DNA of 64,000 nucleotides from an uncultured Bacilli bacterium (GCA_947598485.1 CANQFJ010000003.1:7754-71753), one strand, 5' to 3'. Shown: positions 26,960-36,237, counted from the stretch's first letter. Translations and numbers: made by a program. The notes: generated from the sequence alone by a model not told the origin.

Positions 26960-28753
26960 TTATAATCCTCCACCACTTCCAAGAGAATCTAATTCCTCTT
27001 GCGTTGCTATGACTCTCATATTCATTCGACGAGATCCGCAAATAAATAAAGCATCTCCTTGATTATAATACTTAATAGCTTCTTTTTCATTATCATTTAA
27101 GTCTACTAATTTAGCTAAATCTTCAACAGCTTGTTTTCTTAAGCCCATTACTAGATAATAAGAAGCATTATCAAATATAGCTTTACCATGCATTATTAAA
27201 TTTGGTGCAGCAAAGTCTGTAGGTTGTTGGGTAATTATTATAGTACCTGTATTGTACTTACGAGATCTTCTTTGGATTTGGGCTAAGAATTCTGCTCCAA
27301 GTTCATTATGATTAGATAAAAGAACGTGAGCTTCATCAACCATCATAACCGTATTAATATTTTTATCCAAGCATAAGCCCCAAGCATATTTTAAAATATT
27401 AAAGAATAGAGCATTTTTAATATTTTCATCACTGTTCATAAGTTCTCTAATATTAAAGACAATAAAATCGCTATCGATTTGTAATGTTGTATGTCCCGTG
27501 AAATAATATCTTAATTCTTTTACTAAAGGCCTTATTTTAAGTTCAAGTCTTTCCATAATATCTCTTTCATGAGTTGCATTAGTCATAGATAATAAACGAC
27601 CCTTAATAGTAGCATAAACATCATCAAAAGTTGGGAAATCAGCACTAGTTAATTTAGTAAAATCCGTATTAAAATCTATTTTAAATCTTTTATAGGTATC
27701 TTGTAATACTTCACTAAATAAAGTAAGAACATCTTCTTCAATCGAAGGATTATAGTATTTCATAAAAGCCTTGACTTGTTGTAAAGTTCTAGTTAATACA
27801 GTATATCCAAGGCCTTGAGCAATTTCTTCATCATCAGTATCACTAACAATTTCAAGGGGATTAATCATACCGAATTCTCCACCCTTACCTAGGCTTAAAA
27901 AATCGCCATGAACATAGTTTACTAAATCTTCAAGCTCACCCTCAGGGTCAATACATACACACTTTAACCCATTTCTAAGGTGAGTTCTAAGCATTAATTT
28001 GGCAGCCGTAGATTTACCTGAACCAGAAGTACCAAGAATAATCATATTGGCATTATTACGATTATTTTCCTTCTTTTCTTGATATAAGAATTGATTAAAT
28101 AGTACAACTCCTCCTGAAGCATCAATACCAAGAAGGGTACCATTTCCTGTATCTTTAATACTGTCAAAAACAAATGGATACATACCTGCTAAAGTAACAG
28201 ATGGAAGTGGGATACCTACTCTATCTTCAATATCTTGGGCAGGGAATATAGGGATAATACTTTTAAGAGCTTTCTCTTGTTCAAACATTAAAGAAACGCC
28301 ACGCATTCCTAAAGCATCAAGGTAATTACGTACTTGCATTTTTCTTATTTCTAGTTCTTCTTTATTGTCACCAGAAATCATTAAATGCATTTGAAAATCA
28401 AAAATTCTTGCTTGAGTTGAAGCTAAGAAAGATATAAATTGTTCTAATGATTCATAATCTTGTCTTATTTTCTCTTGAGTTGTTTGATCTTTTTCCGATT
28501 GATATCTTGATTTTAAATCTGCGATTTCTTTATTAAGCATTTTTTTAAGTATTTCAAAAGAAATAGGTATATGCTTAATAGCCAGTCTTACTCCTTCCAT
28601 ATTAGTAATACCTGCTAAATAGCCTGGGAATATGTTCCTTGGATAAGATACAATAGTCATAATTGTATAATATGTTCCACCAAGCATAAACTCCGTAGGT
28701 TTAAAATACATTCCTTTTGGAGCTACTTCACTTTTTATTTGATCTTTTGCCAT
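26960..28753 (-). CDS. VirB4-family T4SS ATPase, ATPase-containing portion (597 aa)
   Basis: Walker A is MIILGTSGSGKSTAAK, Walker B is VMMVDEAHVLL, plus IIITQQPTDF. Confidence 0.85.
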   Translation of the reverse strand: MAKDQIKSEVAPKGMYFKPTEFMLGGTYYTIMTIVSYPRNIFPGYLAGITNMEGVRLAIKHIPISFEILKKMLNKEIADLKSRYQSEKDQTTQEKIRQDYESLEQFISFLASTQARIFDFQMHLMISGDNKEELEIRKMQVRNYLDALGMRGVSLMFEQEKALKSIIPIFPAQDIEDRVGIPLPSVTLAGMYPFVFDSIKDTGNGTLLGIDASGGVVLFNQFLYQEKKENNRNNANMIILGTSGSGKSTAAKLMLRTHLRNGLKCVCIDPEGELEDLVNYVHGDFLSLGKGGEFGMINPLEIVSDTDDEEIAQGLGYTVLTRTLQQVKAFMKYYNPSIEEDVLTLFSEVLQDTYKRFKIDFNTDFTKLTSADFPTFDDVYATIKGRLLSMTNATHERDIMERLELKIRPLVKELRYYFTGHTTLQIDSDFIVFNIRELMNSDENIKNALFFNILKYAWGLCLDKNINTVMMVDEAHVLLSNHNELGAEFLAQIQRRSRKYNTGTIIITQQPTDFAAPNLIMHGKAIFDNASYYLVMGLRKQAVEDLAKLVDLNDNEKEAIKYYNQGDALFICGSRRMNMRVIATQEELDSLGSGGGL

Positions 28754-28754
28754 G

Positions 28755-29321
28755 TTACATCACCGCCCCAAAATTAGTATTTTGTCCATCATTTAAGTAA
28801 TTATCTAATATCATTCTTAAATCACTATTACTGGTTTGTGTAGATTGTAATCCAGCATTAGCTAAACCACTTATCAAATTATGAATTTTCTTTTGAACAA
28901 GTTCCATTCTTTTTTCTTTAAATAAAATATAATACTCTGTATCAACAACGCTATATTGTCTAGACATAAACATATTAGCTTTATTGATATCTTGCATTAT
29001 TAATTTACGCATCGCAGCATTTTGCGTTTGGTTATATTGAACTTGTAGGGTTGCAAGATAGACATCAATATCAACAGGTCTATCCGCAATCAAAAGCCAA
29101 AATTCATAATCAATTGTATTATAAAAATTAGCAAGTTCATATAATATATTATTTTGTGAGCCTTGATCTAAAATAAAAATATTTTTAGGAGTTATCTTAA
29201 CTCCCGTTACATAATACTTATCATCAGTATATATCATACCGTTGGCTATATCTCTAATTGGTAGCCAATCTTCTGCATATCTTGATCCACTATTTTGATC
29301 ATTGTTTGTCGTTTGAGCCAT
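28755..29321 (-). CDS. VirB4 N-terminal-domain-like protein (188 aa), encoded as a separate ORF
   Basis: DWLPIRDIANGMIYTDDKYYVTGVKITPKNIFILD resembles the N-terminus of Gram-positive VirB4 proteins. Its stop TAA is separated by 1 nt from the ATG of the ATPase ORF. Confidence 0.55.
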   Translation of the reverse strand: MAQTTNNDQNSGSRYAEDWLPIRDIANGMIYTDDKYYVTGVKITPKNIFILDQGSQNNILYELANFYNTIDYEFWLLIADRPVDIDVYLATLQVQYNQTQNAAMRKLIMQDINKANMFMSRQYSVVDTEYYILFKEKRMELVQKKIHNLISGLANAGLQSTQTSNSDLRMILDNYLNDGQNTNFGAVM

Positions 29322-29625
29322 AATATTCTTTCACACACCAACCTCTCCAATAATATTTTCTTCTACCAAAGGCAAAATTAAATATATTTGTTAATAACTG
29401 TCTTACGTTATGATAATTAGCTATAGGAAATACTAAAGTTGCAGCAGTCAAAAGAGGTAAACTAATTAAAACTAATTGCCATGTCGCTGGATCTCTAACA
29501 ATTACTAGTAATAGTATTGTTAGACCTCCGCCAATACCACACACGATTAAGTCCGGTACCGTAAAAAAACCTAATATTAATCGCGATTTTTTACTATTTG
29601 CAGGTACCAAATAATTATTATTCAC
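29299..29625 (-). CDS. VirB3/PrgI-like small two-TM T4SS protein (108 aa)
   Basis: Matches by size, two TM helices and position immediately upstream of VirB4. It overlaps the next gene by 23 nt. Confidence 0.5.
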   Translation of the reverse strand: MNNNYLVPANSKKSRLILGFFTVPDLIVCGIGGGLTILLLVIVRDPATWQLVLISLPLLTAATLVFPIANYHNVRQLLTNIFNFAFGRRKYYWRGWCVKEYYGSNDKQ

Positions 29626-29650
29626 AGATTACCCTCCTTTTTATTAATGG

Positions 29651-31810
29651 TTATTTGTTATCGCCTTTTCTAGCTTCAGCTTGTTGTCTAACCCGAGCAG
29701 ATTCAGAACGCGCTCTTGCACCAATGTTTTGATATGCTCCTGCAACATCATCAATTTCATGTGCATTATGTACTTCGCCAGTATGTTTTTCTTTAGTAAT
29801 AGGATCCTCAACATGAGCACCATGACTCCTATATAGTTCTCTAAACTCTTCGCTTTTTGCTCTTGTTGATTCTAGATCTTTTTCTCCAATGCCACTTATT
29901 GTTATGTTTTTCATTGCAGCATCTTCCATTTTAAGCCTTGATTGTTTCCATAATTGATTATACATACTATCTAGGTTAGCTACTCTAGTAGCATGTTCTC
30001 TAGCAACTCTATCAACTTCAGCATTATATGCATCCATATCCGTAACTCCGGCTGAATTTGTAAATCTAGACTTGTCTACCATTGAAGCAAAATCAGTTAC
30101 GCCTTTTAGACGATTAATATCGGCTTCGATAGCAGCTAAAGACATTCCCGCATAATCATGCTCCAACATATTTAACAAATCATCTTTATTATCACCTTTG
30201 AACATATTTTTACCATGTTCATCACGCATACTAGCAACAAGGCCAACATTTGTCTTATACTTATTCATAACTTTTTCAGCTTCAGCATGCATATCATCTT
30301 GTGCTTTCTTAAATTGATCTGCAACTTTAATAGTTCCTTCATAGCCTTCAGCTCCACCAGTTGCCCAATCTTTAACATCTGCCCAAGCATCAGAAAGATG
30401 GCCAGTAAGTACATTATGCTCTGCTGCTTTATATCTATCTCTTCTTGCTTCTCTTTTATCTCTAGCATCCGTAGTAGCAGTAGCTCCTTTACCAGCCGCA
30501 GCGTTCATTTCGCTAAAGCTTGCAGCATTAGCTCCTTGCCTATATCCATGATAAAGACCAGAACCTGCTCCGGCAAAAGTACTAAGAACACCACGTCCTA
30601 AAGCATAAGCTTTTTCTTTGCCACCTTCAGCATTTTTAAAATTACTTATAGCATGGCCAGCATTTCTAACCATAGCCGTAGCACTTGATCCAATCGCGGC
30701 ACCGGCAGTAAATACGCTAGCATTTTTAAGTTTATCTTTAATACCTAGACTTACATCTTCACCAAGACCAAAGATGTCATCAATAAGCTTTGGAGCTTGT
30801 TTAATAAATGTTACAATACCTAAGATAATAAAAGCATAGCCAATTAATTTAACACCAAATGAACAATCATCACAGCCAGAGAAGAAATCACTTTCAATAA
30901 ATACGGAAATTAGAAAAACTCCTAAATCCATAATAATTATTCTTGTGAAAACAGCGAAGAAAGTTTTAGATACAGCTTTAAGCCACTTCTTAAATATATC
31001 TTCTTGATTAGGTAAAATTCGGCAAGAGATGGCAATCGGAGCAATTATTTGATAGAAAGCTAGTTTACAAGCCCGTACTGCCAAGTCAAAACAGAACGAT
31101 ACAATTACATAAACAAGGTATCCTCCGGCAATTAAAGCAATAAGCCAGTTAAATTCAACTTCATCTTTTACGATATTCATCGCAAAGGCATTAAATGGAC
31201 CAAAAGAGCCTAGCTCTAAAGCCGCTTTTTCCGCTTGTTCAAGAGTACAACTACTACTACAATTAATTGTTGTACCTCCAGGAAGTTTATAGCTACGATT
31301 ACTACTTCTACTTCCTAAGTTATAGTTTTCATTCGTAGGCACAAAAAAGGCTTTAAACGTATTTACGGCCATTCTTCTGCCTCCAGCCTTAATAGTATCT
31401 TCACCATCAGAATCTTGAAAACTACCACTGAAGAAATTATCTATAACACCACCATTAGTTGTAAGAATTGAATTTTGAACTCTAAAAGCAAAATTAAATA
31501 CTGATGGGCAAATAATAATCATGATGAAAGAAGTAACTATGTTCTTAAGAATTTTTTCAACTGTTGCTCCCTTCTCATTTTTATCCGGATCTATTACTAA
31601 AGTTAAAAAGTTATAGGCAATAACAAAAAGCATTACAACCCCAAGGATTACATATATTTTATCAGTTAAACTATGATATATACTTTGATCAAAAATATTA
31701 GTTTCTGCTAAAAACAAAAAGACTTGGTAAGTATAATTTACCAATTGAAAAATAGCGCCAACTAAGGAAATAATAATTTTCCAAAAAAATTCGGGAATAA
31801 AATCAAACAT
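29651..31810 (-). CDS. VirB6/TrbL-like polytopic T4SS membrane protein with a long hydrophilic C-terminal domain
   Basis: At least 6 TM helices in the first ~370 aa, then a charged C-terminal half. The start is placed at the ATG at 31808-31810, which is preceded by AGGAG. Confidence 0.6.
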   Translation of the reverse strand: MFDFIPEFFWKIIISLVGAIFQLVNYTYQVFLFLAETNIFDQSIYHSLTDKIYVILGVVMLFVIAYNFLTLVIDPDKNEKGATVEKILKNIVTSFIMIIICPSVFNFAFRVQNSILTTNGGVIDNFFSGSFQDSDGEDTIKAGGRRMAVNTFKAFFVPTNENYNLGSRSSNRSYKLPGGTTINCSSSCTLEQAEKAALELGSFGPFNAFAMNIVKDEVEFNWLIALIAGGYLVYVIVSFCFDLAVRACKLAFYQIIAPIAISCRILPNQEDIFKKWLKAVSKTFFAVFTRIIIMDLGVFLISVFIESDFFSGCDDCSFGVKLIGYAFIILGIVTFIKQAPKLIDDIFGLGEDVSLGIKDKLKNASVFTAGAAIGSSATAMVRNAGHAISNFKNAEGGKEKAYALGRGVLSTFAGAGSGLYHGYRQGANAASFSEMNAAAGKGATATTDARDKREARRDRYKAAEHNVLTGHLSDAWADVKDWATGGAEGYEGTIKVADQFKKAQDDMHAEAEKVMNKYKTNVGLVASMRDEHGKNMFKGDNKDDLLNMLEHDYAGMSLAAIEADINRLKGVTDFASMVDKSRFTNSAGVTDMDAYNAEVDRVAREHATRVANLDSMYNQLWKQSRLKMEDAAMKNITISGIGEKDLESTRAKSEEFRELYRSHGAHVEDPITKEKHTGEVHNAHEIDDVAGAYQNIGARARSESARVRQQAEARKGDNK

Positions 31811-31843
31811 ATCGCCCACTCCTGCTAGAATCATATTAAGCTC

Positions 31844-32248
31844 CTATCCTATGCCACATGTTCCGTATACATCAATTAATGCCAACAAATTTTCAACAAT
31901 TATTGGTAAAAACCATAGTGCCACAGCATAGAATAATCGTGCAGCCATTTTTTTTGCAAGGGGTTTATAAAGTTCTTTATCTTCACCAAGTAATGCTTTA
32001 AACCAATCAACTACTGATAAGACAATACATAAAACAATACCTGCATATTTTATTATGTCTAGAGCAATTTGCAAATAATAGGCAAAATCTCCCGCCTTAG
32101 ATGGGTCGCCAAATAAAGCATCACACTTATCAGCATTACTTCCTGCTAAAGCAATTATTTCACTACCATGAACTACATCAGCCCTTACAAGAGAGACAAA
32201 CCCAAAAAAGGATAAAACCAAAACGAAAATAACTAGACCTTTTTTCAT
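31844..32248 (-). CDS. VirB2/TrbC-like small membrane protein (pilin-like), paralog 2 (134 aa)
   Basis: A signal peptide plus two hydrophobic helices separated by a short charged loop. Same architecture as 32311-32742. Confidence 0.45.
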   Translation of the reverse strand: MKKGLVIFVLVLSFFGFVSLVRADVVHGSEIIALAGSNADKCDALFGDPSKAGDFAYYLQIALDIIKYAGIVLCIVLSVVDWFKALLGEDKELYKPLAKKMAARLFYAVALWFLPIIVENLLALIDVYGTCGIG

Positions 32249-32310
32249 ACCTAAACCTCTCTAGTATAACTATAATTATACTATTTTTTGTGGATAATCA
32301 CAAACATTTA

Positions 32311-32742
32311 TTATTTATATCTATTAATCGAATTATTACATGTTTTTATCGATGTAATACATTTCATACATTCTGAATATTTGCCATTTGTTTTATCATA
32401 ATTACTAACTAACTTTAAAGTAGCATTAACAATGGTTGGAATAAAAAATATTCCTACCGCTACAAATAACTTAGAGATAAGTAATCTTACGGCATCTTTA
32501 GTAGCTTTGTCATCCTCATCAAGTGTAGCTTTAAAAAAGCTATACATACCTGTAATAATTAAAATAATCGGGGCTAATATTTTTAAAGCCATAACAACAT
32601 ATCCTAGCACTCTAAAACCCTTTAATACATTAGCATCATGACAAGCAACATATTCTTTTGTTAATGTTGCTGCACAAACACAAGGAGTTAATATTAAAAA
32701 TAAAGCAATAAAAGTAAGAATATATTTTGTCCTTTTCTTCAT
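32311..32742 (-). CDS. VirB2/TrbC-like small membrane protein (pilin-like), paralog 1 (143 aa)
   Basis: A signal peptide plus two hydrophobic helices. The C-terminus is Cys-rich (CMKCITSIKTC). First gene after the cluster promoter. Confidence 0.45.
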   Translation of the reverse strand: MKKRTKYILTFIALFLILTPCVCAATLTKEYVACHDANVLKGFRVLGYVVMALKILAPIILIITGMYSFFKATLDEDDKATKDAVRLLISKLFVAVGIFFIPTIVNATLKLVSNYDKTNGKYSECMKCITSIKTCNNSINRYK

Positions 32743-32767
32743 AAAATAGCCCTTCCTACCTAGATTT

Positions 32768-32796
32768 ATTATATACGATATAAAACTTTATTACAA
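32768..32796 (-). promoter_or_regulatory. sigma-70-type promoter of the T4SS gene cluster
   Basis: In minus orientation, TTGTAA (32791-32796) - 17 nt - TATAAT (32768-32773). It lies about 25 nt upstream of the first T4SS start codon. Confidence 0.5.
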
Positions 32797-32817
32797 GAAA
32801 AAAGCTATATCATAGCT
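32796..32817 (-). terminator. terminator after the ABC/CPBP operon
   Basis: AGCTAT-atc-ATAGCT hairpin (32803-32817) overlapping the stop codon. Followed in minus orientation by a T6 run. Confidence 0.5.
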
Positions 32818-34759
32818 AGTTTTTCTTATCAAATTTAGTTTCACAAATATGGAATGTAACAATAAGAGTAATTATGCTTATAGCAATAACGATATAAAAT
32901 GTTACCCCACTTGGATTAAAATTAAGGGATGGATAAAATTCGCATAGAACACCATAGGCATTATTAATAAAATGAAGAATCATGGTGGTGAGTATAGATC
33001 CGCTTTTAACATAGATATAACCAAGAGCAATACCTACGATGAAGGCATTAATTCCTTGAATCCAATTCATATGATAAATGCCAAATATTAAGGCACTAGC
33101 AATTATACCTACTGCTATGCCATATTTCTTTTTAAAGGAATTTAAAACAATGCCTCTAAAGAAGAATTCCTCAGCAATCGCTGGCAATACAGCAATTAAA
33201 AGAAGTCCTAGCCAAATATTATTGACATTTAAAAGTTCTGATACCTGAGAATATTGTTCTATAGTTGACGGGAAGAAGTTAGCAATAACATTAATTATCG
33301 TACTAGAGATAAAATAAATAGCAATAAATAATAATGTTAAAACGATAAATTTCTTGATAGAAAAACCATTAAATTTAATACTCTTTTTAATATCAATTTG
33401 GCTAATTAAACATACAGCGATAGATATAAATAATATTGTTATAGGCATAATAGCAAGTAAGAAGTACATAGAGGATGTGGCAAATAATAAAGTAAAATAG
33501 GTTGCAAGAAGATAAATAACTATGCCTAGAACTAATGATCCTAAAGGTGATAAACAATCTCTTGATACCTTTCCTTTTCTAAAGCTTAAATACTTAAGTG
33601 AATTGGTACTAAATAATACATCTTCTTGATTATATATTTTAGAAACAATAAATATTAATATTATAGAGTAAGCTAAAGTTGAAATGAAAGTAAGTAGTAC
33701 AAATAAAGAATCAACATTTGTAGATAAGGCATTATTAAAAAGAAGTGATATATTAACAAATGGTATAAGAGAACTTTTTAATGAACCCGTAATGCCAAAC
33801 ATAGGAAGCATAGATATAAATGCAACTAAGAGCTCTAAAGGATATAATGAATTTTGAGCTTCTTTAAGATTTTTAGAGAAAATAGTAACACTTAATAGTA
33901 AGCCACTAAATAAAAGAGCTAATAAAATAATGGAAATAAAATAAATAGCTAAAACTTTGCCACTGATTTCAAGGCTAACAACGCCAAGCATTGCTAAAGT
34001 ATCTTTAGCAAAATATAAAGTTCCAAATAAGGAAATATAAGTTAAGAATCCGGAAAGAGAAGATAAAATAAAGACTGTTAAGTATTTGCTAGTTATAAGC
34101 TCAGATTTTTTAATAGGTAAGCTTAATAAAGTTTCTAAAGTTCCTTTTTCTTTTTCTGATGTAGTAATTTCAATAGCTACTGAAAAGCAGACACTTGATA
34201 TCATCATCGTAAGAACCATTGATATCATTGAGGGTACTAAACTTCCCATTTCCGTAATACTTTCTTGAACAAAAGTAATTTTAAATGAATCAAGGATATC
34301 TTGATAATTAACGCCTTGTTGCTCCAACGTTTTAGCAACATATTCTTGTTTATAATCTTGATAAATTTTTTCTACCAAAGCACTATTGGCAATTGATGAT
34401 GTATTATTTTCATCATAATGAATAAAGTATTCATTATCTTCATTAATTACGTATATGCCTAAATCTTCATCATCAAACATTTCTTTTAACTTATCTTCAT
34501 CTTCATAAACAATTTCGAATTTATAAACATCTGAATAGTTTTCAACAAAATCTTTAAAATCCTCAGAAACTTCATAATTAACACCAAAAGAGATTGTATC
34601 ATCTACTTTAGTGAACATCGAAATCATTAATCCCATAAGGCCTATCAAAATAGGGAACATTAAAAGAGGTAGAAGAATCATCGTAATAAAAGACTTACGA
34701 TCTCTTATGATATTTAAAAATTCTTTTTTTAGTAATGAAAGAACAACCTTAATCCTCAT
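32816..34759 (-). CDS. ABC-2 type permease fused to a C-terminal CPBP (CAAX-protease-like) intramembrane metalloprotease domain
   Basis: 647 aa. The N-terminal half is NatB-like, with a large loop after TM1. The C-terminal half carries the CPBP motifs AIAEEFFFRG, FGIYH and HFINN. Confidence 0.75.
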   Translation of the reverse strand: MRIKVVLSLLKKEFLNIIRDRKSFITMILLPLLMFPILIGLMGLMISMFTKVDDTISFGVNYEVSEDFKDFVENYSDVYKFEIVYEDEDKLKEMFDDEDLGIYVINEDNEYFIHYDENNTSSIANSALVEKIYQDYKQEYVAKTLEQQGVNYQDILDSFKITFVQESITEMGSLVPSMISMVLTMMISSVCFSVAIEITTSEKEKGTLETLLSLPIKKSELITSKYLTVFILSSLSGFLTYISLFGTLYFAKDTLAMLGVVSLEISGKVLAIYFISIILLALLFSGLLLSVTIFSKNLKEAQNSLYPLELLVAFISMLPMFGITGSLKSSLIPFVNISLLFNNALSTNVDSLFVLLTFISTLAYSIILIFIVSKIYNQEDVLFSTNSLKYLSFRKGKVSRDCLSPLGSLVLGIVIYLLATYFTLLFATSSMYFLLAIMPITILFISIAVCLISQIDIKKSIKFNGFSIKKFIVLTLLFIAIYFISSTIINVIANFFPSTIEQYSQVSELLNVNNIWLGLLLIAVLPAIAEEFFFRGIVLNSFKKKYGIAVGIIASALIFGIYHMNWIQGINAFIVGIALGYIYVKSGSILTTMILHFINNAYGVLCEFYPSLNFNPSGVTFYIVIAISIITLIVTFHICETKFDKKN

Positions 34760-35501
34760 TTTTACCTCCGACTACCGCAAAAAAAGCATCTCTTAAATTA
34801 GTAGTATTAGTTTCTTCCTTTATCTTTTCAGGAGTACTTTCACATATTACTTTACCATGATTTATAAATAATACTTTATCACAAATATTCTCTGCTTCTT
34901 CCATATAATGAGTTGAATAAATAATGGTCTTACCCCTTTGCTTTTCTTGTTTAATAAAATCAATTATTATTTGACTACTTACAACATCAAGTCCTGAGGT
35001 TGCTTCATCTAAAATATAATATTTAGGATCATTTATAAAACATCTAGCTATATTAGTTCTTTGAACTTGACCTGTTGATAAATTACCAATTTTATTATCC
35101 TTAAAACTCTCCATATCTAAAAGTTTTATTATTTCTTTTACTCTTTGATCTAATTTACCTTTATCTATTTCATAAATACTACCAAAAATATGGAGTAACT
35201 CTAAAGGAGTTATATTTTCATATAACTTCGTATTACCTGATAAATAAGATATATCTTTTTTTATTATTTCACTATGTTTATCATATGATCTATTATCAAC
35301 TTTAATAGTACCTTTTGTTGGAGACATAATTCCTGACATCATTCTAAGAAGAGTTGTTTTGCCCGCGCCATTTTGGCCAAGTACACCATAGATAGTTCCA
35401 TCAGGAACTTCAAAGCTTATATCATCAACGGCATAAATTTCTTGGGCTTTCTTACCAACATTTTTGATAAATCTTTTTTTAACGTTACTAACTTCTATCA
35501 T
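34749..35501 (-). CDS. ABC transporter ATP-binding protein
   Basis: Walker A is GQNGAGKTT, ABC signature is LSTGQ, Walker B is YILDEATSGLD. Overlaps the permease gene by 11 nt. Confidence 0.9.
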   Translation of the reverse strand: MIEVSNVKKRFIKNVGKKAQEIYAVDDISFEVPDGTIYGVLGQNGAGKTTLLRMMSGIMSPTKGTIKVDNRSYDKHSEIIKKDISYLSGNTKLYENITPLELLHIFGSIYEIDKGKLDQRVKEIIKLLDMESFKDNKIGNLSTGQVQRTNIARCFINDPKYYILDEATSGLDVVSSQIIIDFIKQEKQRGKTIIYSTHYMEEAENICDKVLFINHGKVICESTPEKIKEETNTTNLRDAFFAVVGGKNED

Positions 35502-35532
35502 GTAATCACCTTACCTATCAAAATCATTATAT

Positions 35533-35570
35533 ATCAAAAAAAGATAGATGACTACCCGAAATCTATCTTT
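35533..35570 (-). terminator. Rho-independent terminator after the 36-codon ORF
   Basis: Perfect 10-bp stem AAAGATAGAT / ATCTATCTTT, followed in minus orientation by a T7 run. Confidence 0.65.
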
Positions 35571-35582
35571 AAGACTGTTTAT

Positions 35583-35693
35583 TTATTTAGTTTTTTTACC
35601 CTTTTTAATAGGAATCAACTTAACTTTAACGCCTTTATATCTTGCGTATTTTTTCTTAACCCCTTCAGGTAAATTTTTCTTTAATACTTTCAT
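35583..35693 (-). CDS. possible small basic protein (36 aa): MKVLKKNLPEGVKKKYARYKGVKVKLIPIKKGKKTK
   Basis: Not in the ORF track. The ATG at 35691-35693 is preceded by a GGAGTG Shine-Dalgarno. A TATAAT box lies at 35716-35721 (minus orientation) and a strong terminator follows downstream. Confidence 0.35.
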   Translation of the reverse strand: MKVLKKNLPEGVKKKYARYKGVKVKLIPIKKGKKTK

Positions 35694-35805
35694 TCTTTTC
35701 ACTCCTTGCACAGGTATTATAACATAAATAATAAAATGTTAATAGCCTTTTTATTTAAATAATATGCTATAAAAAAGATGCTTATTTATAAAATAGCACC
35801 TTTAA

Positions 35806-36237
35806 TTATAAATAACTTTTTAAAGTTTCAACATTCTTCTCTTGCATTGTTACATAATCACTAACTATTGATTCTACTTCTTTATTTATTTTCTTTTTAT
35901 TTAAAATTTTTCTTCCTTCGATAATTCCCATATTAACGCCTTGAAGTAATATTTCCGCGATTTTAGAATTACTTGTATCATCCATTGTTTTCATTTCTAT
36001 ACCTGACCAAGTCATAACTTTATTCATTACTCCTGTGCTATGAGGCTGTCCTTCATTATAGTTAGGATAAATAGCATCTACTTTTTGAGCTATATCTTTG
36101 TATTCATGTAACTCTTGTTCCAAAATACTTTTTAATTTCTTATCTTCTACTTTGTCTAAGATCATATTCACGGCATCAATTCCCATTGTAGCGCCTTTAT
36201 GAATTTCATCTAAAGCATTAATATTTTCTTGTTCCAT
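35806..36237 (-). CDS. DUF2383-like ferritin-fold four-helix-bundle protein
   Basis: 143 aa, helical. LDEIHKGATMGIDAVNMILDKVED...LHEYKD resembles clostridial DUF2383 proteins from memory; no search was run. Confidence 0.45.
   Translation of the reverse strand: MEQENINALDEIHKGATMGIDAVNMILDKVEDKKLKSILEQELHEYKDIAQKVDAIYPNYNEGQPHSTGVMNKVMTWSGIEMKTMDDTSNSKIAEILLQGVNMGIIEGRKILNKKKINKEVESIVSDYVTMQEKNVETLKSYL

Noticed and set aside
30215-30839. ORFs 30215-30601(+), 30265-30468(-) and 30618-30839(+) within the VirB6-like gene
   Set aside because: They are antisense or alternative frames in the Ala/Gly-rich hydrophilic half of the 727-aa ORF, with no independent expression signals.
20961-32796. Calling the T4SS region a complete integrative conjugative element
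   Set aside because: No relaxase, integrase, oriT or flanking direct repeats could be identified in the window, so the borders are undefined. It is reported only as a T4SS gene cluster.
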